A stretch of 64,000 nt of DNA, taken from contig CAWCKJ010000004.1 of assembly GCA_963796105.1 (NCBI GenBank), forward strand, positions 576,001 through 640,000, in the 5' to 3' direction. The translations under genes and the position numbers were made by a program. Below, one piece after another: positions 28,941 through 40,599 of the stretch. The notes under the pieces are model-generated. The model was not told the DNA's origin. It saw nothing but the letters and a program-made list of their open reading frames with translations, and did not search any database. The DNA comes from a candidate division FCPU426 bacterium. Lineage in GTDB: Bacteria; Oederibacteriota; Muellerivitia; Muellerivitales; Muellerivitaceae. The first letter of the stretch is position 1; each line of letters opens with the position of its first letter.

Positions 28941-29084
28941 GAATACTCCTCAAGAAGGAAGTGGGCGGATGAAGCATGAGCCGCCGCCAAAAGCGAACCG
29001 TCATTTGCTGGTTTAATTATTGGAAGGCGTGGAAGAGTGTGGGAAACCGCCTGACTATAGCAAAATCCGGGATCATTTTCATGG

Positions 29085-29636
29085 TTATCCAGCCGGAATA
29101 TTTTTGAGAATTCCCTCGATGAATTCCGTTTTGGCCTTGGTATAACCTTCACGGTCAAAAGTAAATTTCTCCGCTAATTGGCGTTTCAAGTTTACGTATT
29201 GGCGTGCTTCTTCCGGATGGGTCCGAAGATAATCCCGGAACAATAACTCCTTCTTCCGGTTGAGATCATAAACATGGATATGGTGGGTCCTTCGTTCGCC
29301 GAAGGGGGGCATTCCCTTGGCGAAATATAGCGTGTCCTTCTCGGGATTGGTGGCCCAATAAAAATAACCCAATCCCTCGATCGGGTCCACCATTTGGGGC
29401 CAATAAGCTCTCGATTCCACCCGAATCAGGATGTCGATGATGGGCTTGGCCTCCAGGCCCGGCACGGCTGTGCTTCCGCAATGGTCGATCAAAAGACCTG
29501 GAATAGGGCCGAGAACTTTCCGCAGGAGGGCTTCTTCTTGGCGGAATAATTCAGGCCATCTTGGATCATATTCGACAATTTCAATCTTGTCTTTCTTGGG
29601 GTCGTAGCCGTCAGGAAGCTCGCTCAAGGGAGTCAT
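29085..29636 (-). CDS. GrpB family nucleotidyltransferase-fold protein
   Basis: YDPRWP..F..E, HCGSTAVPGLEAKPIIDI, FRDYLR.HP and YTKAKTEFI motifs. Confidence 0.9.
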   Translation of the reverse strand: MTPLSELPDGYDPKKDKIEIVEYDPRWPELFRQEEALLRKVLGPIPGLLIDHCGSTAVPGLEAKPIIDILIRVESRAYWPQMVDPIEGLGYFYWATNPEKDTLYFAKGMPPFGERRTHHIHVYDLNRKKELLFRDYLRTHPEEARQYVNLKRQLAEKFTFDREGYTKAKTEFIEGILKNIPAG

Positions 29637-29814
29637 GATTTTCCACGATTACGCACAAAGCACCTGCGGTCTATTGATTTTTTAAATCTTCCCCCTCTGT
29701 GCTAAAGCACTATGCTGTTCTCATTTTTTAAATTTTATATGAGGAACAGTATGAAAGAGGGGGAGAAAGGGGAAGTTAGCCTCTGGGTGTTGCGCAACAA
29801 AAGCTGATATTCCC

Positions 29815-30357
29815 TTATCCATTCGGCAAAGATTTGGACTTTTCCCATTTCTTCGCCATTTCCTTATACGAGTTCTCGAGTAAATCCCCTGGCTTGATCT
29901 CGAACACATCTAGAAGCTTCCTGACCTTTTTTTCTTCCGCAGCTTTTTTCTTGGATGTATCGCCCTGGTAAACCGCCTCGAATTCCAGGAAGCTGCCGAG
30001 TCCCTTCACCTGGTCCAGGTGGATCCGGACGTTTCCCACCAGGTAAATGTCCCTTTGCTTGACGACCACTTCCTCGATCCCCAAAAGAATTTTAAGAAGC
30101 TTCTTCACCTTCGGGGCGTCGGATACGGGAATCACGGCATAATCGCATTTCTTGGGTCCTTGCTGATTGGGCCGCAGATAGGGGATGAGCTCCCCGCCGC
30201 TCAAGGTGGACTCCCGCAGTTTGAGTCGTCCCTTCCCCGTCTTGAAGTAGGTGTCGACCTGGTGATCCCGGCCCTTGAACCAGGCGTTCAACCCCTTGGC
30301 GATGCGCCGGGCCTTGGCCAGGTCGGGATAAACTGCCTTGATCTCGATGTTCGGCAT
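29815..30357 (-). CDS. CYTH-domain protein (class IV adenylate cyclase-like)
   Basis: NIEIKA, QVDTYF..GRLKLRE and IHLDQVKGLGSFLEFEAV motifs. Confidence 0.9.
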   Translation of the reverse strand: MPNIEIKAVYPDLAKARRIAKGLNAWFKGRDHQVDTYFKTGKGRLKLRESTLSGGELIPYLRPNQQGPKKCDYAVIPVSDAPKVKKLLKILLGIEEVVVKQRDIYLVGNVRIHLDQVKGLGSFLEFEAVYQGDTSKKKAAEEKKVRKLLDVFEIKPGDLLENSYKEMAKKWEKSKSLPNG

Positions 30358-31170
30358 AATTTCTCCAGGGCTCTTGATTTCCCATGTGGATTCAGGTTTG
30401 TTAAATTCGGCTGTATCCCCATCATGCGGTTTTCAAATTGGAAATGGCAAATCCGTTTCCTTTGGCACCCATTGTAAATTTTTCATTTTTCGTTGTCTTT
30501 CCCAAATCCCCGATAACCAACCATATCAGGTTGACCCAAATCGAACCGCTTGTTCAGGTCGAAATAGTCATGTTGGTTTTCCGGAAAGTGAATGAGATTA
30601 ACCTTATCCAAGGCCGGCGGGAATATTAATGTTCCCGCACCCTGCTGGATCAGGCCGGAAAACCTCTGGCCTATGGTCTCAATCAAGTGGGTTTTCCAAA
30701 CAGTCCAGGGCCGCCTCGTCGTGAAACTTCTTCTTTTGCGCTGATCCCCCTTGTATCTTTCAACAACTTGGGCAAGCATTTAGCAGAAAACTTGCGCGAA
30801 ACATCACTCTGGAATCCCCCAAAGTTGCGATCCAGGCTTGCTTTTATTTGTCGCTGTTAGATTCGTCTTTTTAAAGACAAATCCCTCTTAAACTGTCGTT
30901 TACCTGAACAGGGTAATCCGTGAAATAAAACGACATTTTTTATGCACCAAAACAACTTATTTCGGTGGTCTCAACTTGAAAAAAGGGGGTTCTACCTGGA
31001 AAATCTCATTAAGAAGCCATGCGAATTCGTATTTTCCGTTTTTATAAGTTCTTTATCGCAAGTTTCAATATTTCACCCGGTAAAAATTTTTTATCAACCT
31101 ATGAAACCGATTTCAGGTTCTGTATTTCTTTTTTTGTGTCGGGTTAGGAAGTCTGAAAGCTGGTGTGGGA

Positions 31171-34100
31171 ATGAATATAAAATGGGGAAATAAGAAACTT
31201 GGATTTATCAACCATATTCCCTTGATATTCAAGGCAGCTGATTTCCGAAGCTTCATACCTTCACGCCTCATCACACCGCTCACCCTAATATTTTCAATGG
31301 TTTATTTCGGCACGCTTGAGGGCACCCGTCTTAACGCTCAAACAGCGACCCCAACCTCCACCAACACCGTCTCGACCATAACCACCTCAAAATATTGTCC
31401 AACGGACCCCCCCACCCAATACACGGGCATCGCTACTTGGTACACCAGTGTTTATACCTCGCCGGGTACGGGAAATTGCGCCTATCCGGCAGGCTCCTAT
31501 GACCCCAATGATTACGTCGCCCTCAATTGGTCGGACTATGAAAATGGGTTGAGTTGCGGAGCCTGCATCGCGGCGCATTACAACAGCAATTCGGTCACGG
31601 TCATGGTGGTGGACCAGTGTCCTTACCCCTGCAATGTCCACCAACTCGATCTCTCCCCGCAAGCCTTTGGCCAACTGGCCGCCACGGGCCTCGGTCAAAT
31701 CAACATCACCTGGAACTATACCCAATGCCCCGGAAGCCTTTTGACCCAAAACAACCCCACCGGGAACATCACATACGAATTCAAGTCGGGATGCAACCAA
31801 TGGTACGCCCCGATCCAATTCATGGATTACTTGTTCCCGATCATCTCCGTTCTAGTCAGTAACAATGGAAGCGCCTATACCAGCCTATCCTTGATAACAT
31901 CCGACGCGGGAAACACTGAATATTGGGGGGACAAGACCAATAACTACAACATGGGAGCCGGCCCCTATAACTTTATTCTTACCGATGTAAGGGGTGATGT
32001 AGTCACTATCGGCCCAGTTACTGAATGCAGTTATGTGGCCCCTACCAGCGCCGGCACGACCGGCGTTTTCGGCACGACGAGCGCGCAATTTCACGATTGC
32101 GGTCCCACGTACACGCCTTCCCGAACCGGCACTCCTACCCTCAGCCCCACACCTACCCGCACTTACACGCCTGGTTCCCCCACGGCGACGCCCACGGTCA
32201 CCCGCACCAACACACCCGGTTCCCCAACGGCGACGCCGACTATCACTCCCACCACCAACCTCTCGGGGTGCGGTGTCGCCTCCTCGAGTATCTGCATTGG
32301 AGCGGACGATTACGCCCTTGTCTGGATCAACGGCAATCCCCTCAACAGCGGAAACCCCATGAGTGTTCAAATCCCCGTTGGAAGCCCGGTTTCCTGCTTC
32401 ACTGTCCCCATCAGCGACCTCGTCGCCGGGGTCAATGTCATCGCGGTCCAGGCCTTTAACATGGCCACCTTCTACAATTGGGCCACCTGGGCACTGAAAA
32501 TCACCATGGGCAACGGTTCCTTTGCCTACACCACCAGCAATGGCGGGGGTATTTCCATGTACAACCAGCCTGTCGCCAACGGCCCTCCCCCGGCCAATGA
32601 TGGTAACGGCGCAAGTTGGTTCGCCGCGGGTTACATTGGAGCCACCGCCGGCAACGGCTGGGGCACTCCCTTTCAAGTCACTTACCCCCCGGCTTTCTAC
32701 CTCCAAAACGGGCTTGATCCGGTGACAGGCACACCTCTTCCCCCTCTTGGCGCGGATATAGACGGGGGCAATGGTTCCAGCACTCCTTCCACCTTTTACG
32801 GCCAGCAAGCCAACGCTTCCCTTTATTTCCGCCAGACTTTTTACATCCCCAATGTTTGTCCCACTGCCACTCCGACACCCGAAATCAGCATTACTAAAAG
32901 CATAGTAGGGCCTACCACGGGGTATGTCGCGAACCAAACCGTCACTTTCACTTTAAAAATATGCAACCCAGGCGGGCCGACATCGGGGCCCGCCACTTTC
33001 ATCGATAACCTGACCTCTCCCGTTGGCTTTGGAATCAACGGGTGGGTTACCACGGATGAGTGGACAGGCCTTCCCGTTACCAATTGGGGCGGTTCCACTA
33101 CTGCTTATGGCCCGACTTTCCTCAACAGCGGAACCCCTTTGACCTGGGTTTATCCTGCTGGCTTTCCGGGATATGGTTATTGCGTCCCGATGACCATTTA
33201 CGCCGTGAGTTATTACATCGACAGTTCTAAAGGTTGTGTGAACACCAACAATGTCTTAGGTTCATGGGCTACAGGATCAGCTGCTTCCAACACAGTAACT
33301 TTCAGCAATATATGCGGTTCTCCCACGCCCACTTTTACGCCGAGTTCACCCACTCCCACACCCACAAGAACATTAACGAACACCCCAACACCCACTCCCA
33401 CACCGACTCCGACACCGACTCCCACAATAACGCCTACGCCCAGCCCCACGCCGACTAGGACTCCAACTCCGACTCCCACACCTACGCCAACCCCAACCCC
33501 AACCCCCACTCCCACACCTACCCCTACTCCCACGCCGACTCCCACACCTACTAAAACCCCGACCCCCACGCCAACTCCTACTCCGACACCAACTCCCACT
33601 CCAACTCCGACTCCCACACCTACGCCAACCCCAACCCCCACTCCCACACCTACCCCTACTCCCACGCCGACTCCCACACCTACTAAAACCCCGACCCCCA
33701 CGCCAACTCCTACTCCGACACCAACTCCCACTCCGACTCCCACACCCACACCTACGCCCACTAAAACCCCAACCCCCACTCCAACTCCGACTCCCACACC
33801 TACGCCAACCCCAACCCCCACTCCCACGCCTACTCCCACACCTACTAAAACCCCGACCCCCACGCCAACTCCTACTCCGACACCAACTCCCACTCCGACT
33901 CCCACACCCACACCTACGCCCACTAAAACCCCAACCCCCACGCCAACTCCGACTCCCACTCCGACTCCGACCCCTACACCAACCCCAACACCCACACCTA
34001 CCCCTACTCCGACACCAACTCCCACACCGACACCGACTCCTACTAAGACTCCAACCCCCACGCCAACTCCTACTCCCACTCCGACCCCGACCCCTACACC

Positions 34101-37100
34101 AACCCCAACACCTACCCCTACTCCGACACCAACTCCCACGCCGACACCGACTCCTACTAAGACTCCAACCCCCACGCCAACTCCTACTCCCACTCCCACT
34201 CCGACCCCTACACCAACCCCAACACCCACACCTACCCCTACTCCGACTCCCACGCCTACCCGTACTCCGACACCAACACCTACGAATACACCCACCCCAA
34301 CTCCCACCAATACACCAACACCTACACCCACTCCAACACCTACCCCAACACCTACGAAAACACCAACCCCAACACCCACACCAACGCCGACCATCACCCC
34401 TACCCCGACTCCCACCCCCACTGGGACGCAGTCACCCACAAGCACACCCACGATTACCCCGACACCCACGCCCACACCCACACCGACCCCAACCCCGACG
34501 ATCACTCCCACCCCTACGCCCACCAATACCCCGACTAGGACCCCGACTCCCACTCCGACACCTACGCCTACCCCAACACCCACACCCACGCCTACTCCCA
34601 CACCCACACCGACACCAACCCGGACGCCGACACCCACGCCAACGCCGACCCCAACTAACACCCCTACCACAACCCCGACTCCCACACTTACTCCCACACC
34701 GACAATTACACCCACTCCCACGAACACACCGACTGGGACTCAGCCGCCCACAAGCACTCCAACTGTCACCCCGACCCCGACCCCAACATCCACACCGACC
34801 AACACCCCAACCATCACCCCAACGCCGACCCCGACGTATACTCCGACTCCCACACCAACCCGAACGCCTACTCCCACACCCACCCCGACGCCAACCAACA
34901 CACCCACGCCCACGCCCACACCGACACCGACGATCACTCCCACCCCTACGCTAACGAATACCCCTACACCCACGCCAACCCCTACACCCACTTCAACCCC
35001 AACAACAACATCCACCCCAACCCCCACTCCCACGGCCACATTTACCCCGACTGCCACCCAGACCCCAACCCCGACCATAACACCCACACCCACCCACACC
35101 CCGACCGGGACACAATCCCCCACTTCCACGCCCACGATCACACCGACGATCACACCCTCACCCACCCCAACGTCCACCCCGACCAATACGCCGACTTCCA
35201 CAGCCACTCACACGCCCACCGTGACTCTGACCGCGACCCCCACACCCACACCGACACTCACCCCGACACCGACTTCCACGGATACCCTCACCTTGACGCC
35301 TACCCAAACTTCAACAGCCACTCCAACTGACACCCCCACCCCAACCTACACCCCGCCATTCACGGCAACTCCCACCTACACCTCCACGGATACGGATACT
35401 CCCACTCCGACGGACAGTCCGACCGAAACCTTCTCTCCAACCTCAAGCAACACCCCGACGGACACTTACACGCCTACTGACACTAGAACCTTTACCAACA
35501 CCCCGACCCCCACAGACACGCCCACCGCGACTTATACGCCGACACCAACTTCCACACCGACGGACACCTCCACGCCCACTGACACAAGAACCTACACCAA
35601 CACGCCGACCCCAACGAACACACCCACTGAAACCTATTCGCCGACGCCCAGCAATTCACCGACTCAGACTTCCACACCGACGAACACTTACACGGCTACC
35701 GACACTAAAACCACCACCAACACGCCGACTCCCACAAACACCCCCACTGAGACTTATTCGCCGTCTCCGACATCCACACCCACCGAAACCTACACTGCCA
35801 CCGACACTAGGACCAATACCAATACACCCACTTCCACAAAAACACCCACCGGAACCTTCTCGCCAACTCCGACCTACACCCCCACCCCGACCTATTCCTC
35901 GACCCCCACCCGGACATTCACAAACACCCCTACTCCAACGAGCACTCCCACGCCAACCAATACATTTACCCCGACCAACACGATGACGCCCACGCCCACA
36001 GCCACCCTCACTCCCACCCCCACGCCTGCCGCGGTATTGGCCTTGCAAAAGCAGGAGTCGGAATCAACGGGTTCCTCGGGCGACCTGGTGACCTATACCT
36101 TGAATATCAATGTCTCCAACGCAAACGCTCCCGGAGTGGTGGTGCAGGACCCACTTCCTCCCAACTGCACTTTTGTGGCCTTCGGGGCCTCTCCAGCCGG
36201 AACCGTTGCGACGGTAAGCATGGCCTCGAACGGGGTGACCGTGACGAATTGGGCTTTTCCATCCCTTGCTCCTGGAAGCTATCAATTGACTTACACGGTT
36301 ATGATCAACAACTTCACGCCCGCGGGACCCATTGTGAACTGCGCGGCGTTGAACTATCCGGGGTCCTCTCCCCTGTCCTCCTGCGCGACCTTGATGGTGA
36401 CAGGGAGCTACACGGTGAAGATCGGGGTTTATAACGAGGCGGGGGAACTGGTCAAGACAATTTTGGTGACGCAATATTCCCAGCCCCTGGTGGACCTGCA
36501 GTTGAAGAACGGAAACTTGATCAGCGGGCTGAATGACCCGGTGTTGATTTATGACCTAAACACTCAAATCTCGGTGTGGGACGGAACAGACCAGAACGGG
36601 AACCCGGTCCCCAACGGCAATTATTACATTAAGGTGGACAATGTCGATTCATTCGGGACGGACAAGAGCGTGGCGCTGAACGTGGTGGTAAGCAGGTCTT
36701 TGGAGAAGGTGACGATCGACATTTACAACGAGGCGGGGGAGATCGTGGACACGCTTTACAGCGTGGTGGAGGACCCTCAGGGGACGGTGGTCACGGGGGT
36801 GAAGCTGTCAGGAACGGTGCTGGAACCCGGGTCGCCGACGGACGGGAACCTGATTATCACGATGAATAACGGGGTAACAGCCGTTTGGACCGGCTATGCC
36901 TCGAGCGGTTCGTTGGTCCCGAACGGGAAATACTTCATCGAGGTGCATTCCACGGACGGAAAAGGCGGTGAGACGGTGATCGTGACGTCGGTGATGGTGT
37001 TGAACAACGCGAAACAGACGGTGCCGAAAGTCTGGGCCTATCCCAACCCCTTAACTGGGGGCTCAAGGCTGGTGGAGTTCCAAGGATCTGTCGCGAACGT

Positions 37101-37293
37101 GAACCTGACGGTGAGGATCTATGACCTGGCGGGGGAACTGGTGACGGAATTGAAAGGCGCGGGAGGAACGAGCCGGGTAACCTGGAACGCTGCTGGAATC
37201 GCCAGCGGGCTTTACATCGCCAAAGTCGAACTGAAAGGTACCACCGGAAAGATCATCGCCAAGCAGACCCTCAAAGTCCTAGTGGGGCGTTAA
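31171..37293 (+). CDS. Giant secreted protein A: expansin-like module, jelly-roll domain, DUF11-like domain, ~900-aa Thr/Pro stalk, DUF11-like domain, FlgD-Ig/T9SS-CTD-like C-terminal domains
   Basis: [33 protein letters not shown] (DPBB/expansin); [11 protein letters not shown]; (TP)n; [48 protein letters not shown]. Confidence 0.9.
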   Translation: MNIKWGNKKLGFINHIPLIFKAADFRSFIPSRLITPLTLIFSMVYFGTLEGTRLNAQTATPTSTNTVSTITTSKYCPTDPPTQYTGIATWYTSVYTSPGTGNCAYPAGSYDPNDYVALNWSDYENGLSCGACIAAHYNSNSVTVMVVDQCPYPCNVHQLDLSPQAFGQLAATGLGQINITWNYTQCPGSLLTQNNPTGNITYEFKSGCNQWYAPIQFMDYLFPIISVLVSNNGSAYTSLSLITSDAGNTEYWGDKTNNYNMGAGPYNFILTDVRGDVVTIGPVTECSYVAPTSAGTTGVFGTTSAQFHDCGPTYTPSRTGTPTLSPTPTRTYTPGSPTATPTVTRTNTPGSPTATPTITPTTNLSGCGVASSSICIGADDYALVWINGNPLNSGNPMSVQIPVGSPVSCFTVPISDLVAGVNVIAVQAFNMATFYNWATWALKITMGNGSFAYTTSNGGGISMYNQPVANGPPPANDGNGASWFAAGYIGATAGNGWGTPFQVTYPPAFYLQNGLDPVTGTPLPPLGADIDGGNGSSTPSTFYGQQANASLYFRQTFYIPNVCPTATPTPEISITKSIVGPTTGYVANQTVTFTLKICNPGGPTSGPATFIDNLTSPVGFGINGWVTTDEWTGLPVTNWGGSTTAYGPTFLNSGTPLTWVYPAGFPGYGYCVPMTIYAVSYYIDSSKGCVNTNNVLGSWATGSAASNTVTFSNICGSPTPTFTPSSPTPTPTRTLTNTPTPTPTPTPTPTPTITPTPSPTPTRTPTPTPTPTPTPTPTPTPTPTPTPTPTPTPTKTPTPTPTPTPTPTPTPTPTPTPTPTPTPTPTPTPTPTPTPTPTKTPTPTPTPTPTPTPTPTPTPTPTPTKTPTPTPTPTPTPTPTPTPTPTPTPTPTKTPTPTPTPTPTPTPTPTPTPTPTPTKTPTPTPTPTPTPTPTPTPTPTPTPTPTPTPTPTPTPTPTKTPTPTPTPTPTPTPTPTPTPTPTPTPTPTPTPTPTPTKTPTPTPTPTPTPTPTPTPTPTPTPTPTPTPTPTRTPTPTPTNTPTPTPTNTPTPTPTPTPTPTPTKTPTPTPTPTPTITPTPTPTPTGTQSPTSTPTITPTPTPTPTPTPTPTITPTPTPTNTPTRTPTPTPTPTPTPTPTPTPTPTPTPTPTRTPTPTPTPTPTNTPTTTPTPTLTPTPTITPTPTNTPTGTQPPTSTPTVTPTPTPTSTPTNTPTITPTPTPTYTPTPTPTRTPTPTPTPTPTNTPTPTPTPTPTITPTPTLTNTPTPTPTPTPTSTPTTTSTPTPTPTATFTPTATQTPTPTITPTPTHTPTGTQSPTSTPTITPTITPSPTPTSTPTNTPTSTATHTPTVTLTATPTPTPTLTPTPTSTDTLTLTPTQTSTATPTDTPTPTYTPPFTATPTYTSTDTDTPTPTDSPTETFSPTSSNTPTDTYTPTDTRTFTNTPTPTDTPTATYTPTPTSTPTDTSTPTDTRTYTNTPTPTNTPTETYSPTPSNSPTQTSTPTNTYTATDTKTTTNTPTPTNTPTETYSPSPTSTPTETYTATDTRTNTNTPTSTKTPTGTFSPTPTYTPTPTYSSTPTRTFTNTPTPTSTPTPTNTFTPTNTMTPTPTATLTPTPTPAAVLALQKQESESTGSSGDLVTYTLNINVSNANAPGVVVQDPLPPNCTFVAFGASPAGTVATVSMASNGVTVTNWAFPSLAPGSYQLTYTVMINNFTPAGPIVNCAALNYPGSSPLSSCATLMVTGSYTVKIGVYNEAGELVKTILVTQYSQPLVDLQLKNGNLISGLNDPVLIYDLNTQISVWDGTDQNGNPVPNGNYYIKVDNVDSFGTDKSVALNVVVSRSLEKVTIDIYNEAGEIVDTLYSVVEDPQGTVVTGVKLSGTVLEPGSPTDGNLIITMNNGVTAVWTGYASSGSLVPNGKYFIEVHSTDGKGGETVIVTSVMVLNNAKQTVPKVWAYPNPLTGGSRLVEFQGSVANVNLTVRIYDLAGELVTELKGAGGTSRVTWNAAGIASGLYIAKVELKGTTGKIIAKQTLKVLVGR

Positions 37294-37332
37294 GACCGGG
37301 CCACTTTCCATCCTCTTCAATAAATTTTTCTT

Positions 37333-37361
37333 GCGAAATCCGCCGTAGCGGGTTTTTTCGC
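37333..37361. terminator. Possible intrinsic terminator between convergent genes
   Basis: GCGAAATCCGCCGTAGCGGGTTTTTTCGC imperfect hairpin with a T-run. Confidence 0.45.
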
Positions 37362-37419
37362 ATTCAACCCAGGCCACGGCCGGGATTTTCCGCGAGGGTG
37401 GATAAATAAAAAGACGGGA

Positions 37420-38514
37420 TTATTTGAGTGAGGCCGCTTTGGCCTTCGTCACGTGGCGGACCCAGGGTAGTTTCGTGATCTGGGCCGGAATGGCTTTTCC
37501 CCGTATCTCGACGGATAATTTCTTTTCCAGATAATCCATTTTCACGTAAGCCAGCGCGATTCCCTTTTTCAGGGTTGGGGAAAAAACACCGCTGGTGACC
37601 TCCCCCGCCTCCGTGCCTTCCGACATCACTTTATAATGCTGGCGGGGGATGGCCTGTCCCTCCAGCGTGAGACCGATAAGTTTCCGGGCGGGATTCTGGT
37701 TCAGGGCTTCCTTCCCGTAAAAACCCCCGGCTTTTCCCATTTTGACGGCCCAGCCCAATCCAGCCTCAAAAGGCTGGGTGGAATCATCAATTTCGTTTCC
37801 GTGAAGAGGCAGCCCCGCCTCCAGCCGAAGGGAGTCCCTGGCCCCCAATCCGCAGGGAGTCACTTCTTTCCTGGAGGCTAGCTGATCCCAGACAAAAGGA
37901 GCGTCCTTCAAGTCCATCATCAACTCATAGCCATCCTCACCGGTATAACCGGTGGCCATGATGAGCAGCGGCCTTCCCTGGAGGGTTCCGCGGCCGAACC
38001 CAAAATAGGGTATTTTCGAAAGATCCGCGTCCCCCACGAGGGATTGAAGCGCCTCGTGGGCCTTGGGCCCCTGAAGGGCGATGAAACCCGTCTGGTCGGA
38101 AAGAACCTCGACAGCAACCTTCCTTCCAGAAGCCAGCTTTTGGAGATGCGCGACATCCCCCTCCCTGCCGCCGGCGTTGATGATCCAAAGGAAACGGTCG
38201 TCCGCCTCCTTGTAAACAATGACGTCATCGATGACGCCTCCCTTCTCGTTCAGGAGGAATCCGTAGAGGGCGCTTCCGAAAGGAACCTTGGAAAGGTCGT
38301 TAGTGAAAGCGTATTGGCAGAAGGAAAAGGCGTCTGGACCGGAGACCTGCAGCCTTCCCATGTGGGTGATGTTGAAAAGGCCCGCCCCGGTCCGGGCGGC
38401 GTCATGCTCAAAAAGGATTCCTTGGGCATAGGAAACCGGCATGAGCCATCCGTGGAAATCCACCAATTTGGCCCCGTGGTCCTGGTCCCACTTCAAGCAA
38501 AAAGTTTCCCTCAT
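37420..38514 (-). CDS. gcvT: Glycine cleavage system aminomethyltransferase T
   Basis: FHGWLMPVSY, GGVIDD, TGYTGEDGYE and GLGARDSLRLEAGLPLHG motifs. Confidence 0.96.
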   Translation of the reverse strand: MRETFCLKWDQDHGAKLVDFHGWLMPVSYAQGILFEHDAARTGAGLFNITHMGRLQVSGPDAFSFCQYAFTNDLSKVPFGSALYGFLLNEKGGVIDDVIVYKEADDRFLWIINAGGREGDVAHLQKLASGRKVAVEVLSDQTGFIALQGPKAHEALQSLVGDADLSKIPYFGFGRGTLQGRPLLIMATGYTGEDGYELMMDLKDAPFVWDQLASRKEVTPCGLGARDSLRLEAGLPLHGNEIDDSTQPFEAGLGWAVKMGKAGGFYGKEALNQNPARKLIGLTLEGQAIPRQHYKVMSEGTEAGEVTSGVFSPTLKKGIALAYVKMDYLEKKLSVEIRGKAIPAQITKLPWVRHVTKAKAASLK

Positions 38515-38586
38515 GGACAGTCTCTCCTCAAGACATAAAAATGAAAAATCCAGTCATCCGCGGACGAAATTACGCGTTTCGGGGTT

Positions 38587-39252
38587 TTAAAAATCCTCGA
38601 TGAATTTTTTCAGGTAGTCTTCCAGCGTCACCACTTGGCGGTAGCACTGGAAATAAGCGTCAGCCAAAAAGTCGAAATCCTTGTACGCCACGGGTTTATG
38701 CTCGATGAAGTCCAGGATCTCGAAGAAGGTGGAGTTATGGATATTCTCGATCACGAGGATAAAATCCGTCTCCAGGTAATGCTCGTAGGTCAGGATCTTA
38801 TCCATGGTCCTGCGGATCCGGATCTTCTGGTGCTCCAGGTACTCGAACCAATTCCCAAAACCCAGGTAATCCAGCCGGGGGGAGTGGTCTGAGGGATTGA
38901 TGTGCTTGAAAACCTCGTGGAAATCTTTTTCCGTCAGCTTGTTCACGTCACAAATATGGTTGGCGGCCGTCATCAAGGAGTAAAAAATACCCTTGGAGTC
39001 GCTTAAGATAGCCTGCAGGTAAGGCACAATCACGCGGTGGATATTTTTCCGGCTTTTACGCTCCGGAAGGTAAATAGTGAAAGTGTAGAAAACAAAGGAT
39101 GAAATGTAGGAAAGGGAGCACCAAAGAATGATCTCGTTGCGGTTGGGGTTCCAAAGGTAAAGACAGAAAGCCGCCCCTAAAAGGATCGCCAAAAACCAGC
39201 ACATTTTCCAGAAAAGCCAAATTTCCTTGAGGATGGTTTTGAGAAATTTCAT
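38587..39252 (-). CDS. Hypothetical membrane protein (two N-terminal TM helices)
   Basis: 221-aa ORF with coding-like codon usage and RBS; no family recognised. Confidence 0.7.
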   Translation of the reverse strand: MKFLKTILKEIWLFWKMCWFLAILLGAAFCLYLWNPNRNEIILWCSLSYISSFVFYTFTIYLPERKSRKNIHRVIVPYLQAILSDSKGIFYSLMTAANHICDVNKLTEKDFHEVFKHINPSDHSPRLDYLGFGNWFEYLEHQKIRIRRTMDKILTYEHYLETDFILVIENIHNSTFFEILDFIEHKPVAYKDFDFLADAYFQCYRQVVTLEDYLKKFIEDF

Positions 39253-39540
39253 CTTTTCCCCGTCCGCGGAATGAATTTCTCATTTAGTTTAGTGGGCGAT
39301 TCACTCCTCATCAACGCTAATCCTCCGCTCAAACGCGGGGAATAATCCCAAGACATTCCGGACTGGCTAGAAATCAAAGGATTATTAATTCTCAAGGAAA
39401 TGAACAACAATGGAATCTGCCGCGCCGTCCTCGGAGAGTGTTCCAAACCGGGTGACGCGGCGGATTTGAAGGCGGGGCTTTTAAATCATCAATGGATCAA
39501 AATTTCAAGCTTAATACCGGACAATTTTTAAAAACCGCGG

Positions 39541-39894
39541 TTATTTCTCAATGACCGCCAAACGGCTTTGGGACGACCGTTTTTGATTCTGTTGGGACCA
39601 GCAAGTTAAACAATGGTGCAAACCCTTCTCGTCGACGAAGATCGTGCCGATTTCCCCGATGGTATGGCACTCGTCGCATTCAAATAACGGCTCCCCTTGC
39701 AAACTTTTTTCGTTCAAGAGCATATGTTCCCTTTCTTGAGACTTCGATTTCTTTTCTAATATCATCTGGCTCAGGCAGTTCCAGCAGTTGTAGCTTCCTT
39801 CTTCCTCAACGATATCGATGAAAAGTTCGCCCACGAACCGGCATCGGTCGCACTGGAACAAGACGCTTTCCGAGAATTGGTCGAGTGTCAACAT
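39541..39894 (-). CDS. Small protein with two tandem CxxC...CxxC zinc-finger-like repeats
   Basis: AGGAGGAG RBS; LFQCDRC..G..CWNCLSQ and LFECDEC..G..CLTCWSQ. Confidence 0.75.
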   Translation of the reverse strand: MLTLDQFSESVLFQCDRCRFVGELFIDIVEEEGSYNCWNCLSQMILEKKSKSQEREHMLLNEKSLQGEPLFECDECHTIGEIGTIFVDEKGLHHCLTCWSQQNQKRSSQSRLAVIEK

Positions 39895-40078
39895 GACTCC
39901 TCCTACACCTCATCCATCAGGTCTGCTGGCGTCGAGTCGGTATGGGAGAGCGTTGAGTAGGCATTGCTGGAACACATCATCGGAAGATCATGTTAATTGG
40001 ATGTTACAAGGGCCAATAATGAATGTTACAAAGGCATGGTGGAAAGAAGGGTATCATTTGGTAAGGACTAAATGGGGT

Positions 40079-40441
40079 TTATTTAACGAGGAATTCCTGG
40101 TAGTACCCGGAAGGCGCCTCAAAGATGGGATAAGGCTTGTGGTAGCAGAGCTTGGTGCCTGCCGGGAAGAAATATCCCCACTCGTTTTTGCAGGTATTCT
40201 GCCGGTAATAGTAACGGTACTTGGACACATCCTCCTTCGTGACGAGGCTCAACCTCCTGCCGGTGCGGTAATAGGGCTTCGTTTGTACGGCGCTATAGGT
40301 CGTGACCGTCTCGCTGGGCCAATGCCATTTGAAATGGGTGGTTTTCGAGTTGCTGTAGAGGACCTGAAGCGGAGGATCGGCCCAAGCCGATGCTGAAGCC
40401 CCCAGCAATAGGACACATAAAAGGGTTTTACTTATCTTCAT
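40079..40441 (-). CDS. Small secreted Tyr/Lys-rich hypothetical protein
   Basis: Signal peptide MKISKTLLCVLLLGASASAWA; RBS AAGGAAAGG. Confidence 0.7.
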   Translation of the reverse strand: MKISKTLLCVLLLGASASAWADPPLQVLYSNSKTTHFKWHWPSETVTTYSAVQTKPYYRTGRRLSLVTKEDVSKYRYYYRQNTCKNEWGYFFPAGTKLCYHKPYPIFEAPSGYYQEFLVK

Positions 40442-40599
40442 GGTACCTTTCCTTAAACCGACAACTTACCTAACGGCAGAAATCCTTATTTCTTGAATGT
40501 TTTTTCACTGAAATAGCACCGAAAATAAGGGGTATTCCGGCAATATTTCTGCTCACGCCTCTAAACCGAGAGCTTGAGGTGATAAAAAATTTATGTCCT

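Noticed and set aside
30483..30779. 98-aa minus-strand ORF
   Set aside because: No recognisable motif or clear RBS; may be a decayed gene but cannot be supported.
33213..35207. Long (VG)n ORFs and Arg/Gly/Cys-rich ORFs here and at 49850-52999 and 55682-58826
   Set aside because: Antisense or alternate-frame shadows of the Thr/Pro-coding repeats.
38515..38586. Glycine riboswitch upstream of gcvT (also checked 28941-29084 before gcvH)
   Set aside because: No recognisable aptamer motifs, and the gcvT spacer is too short.
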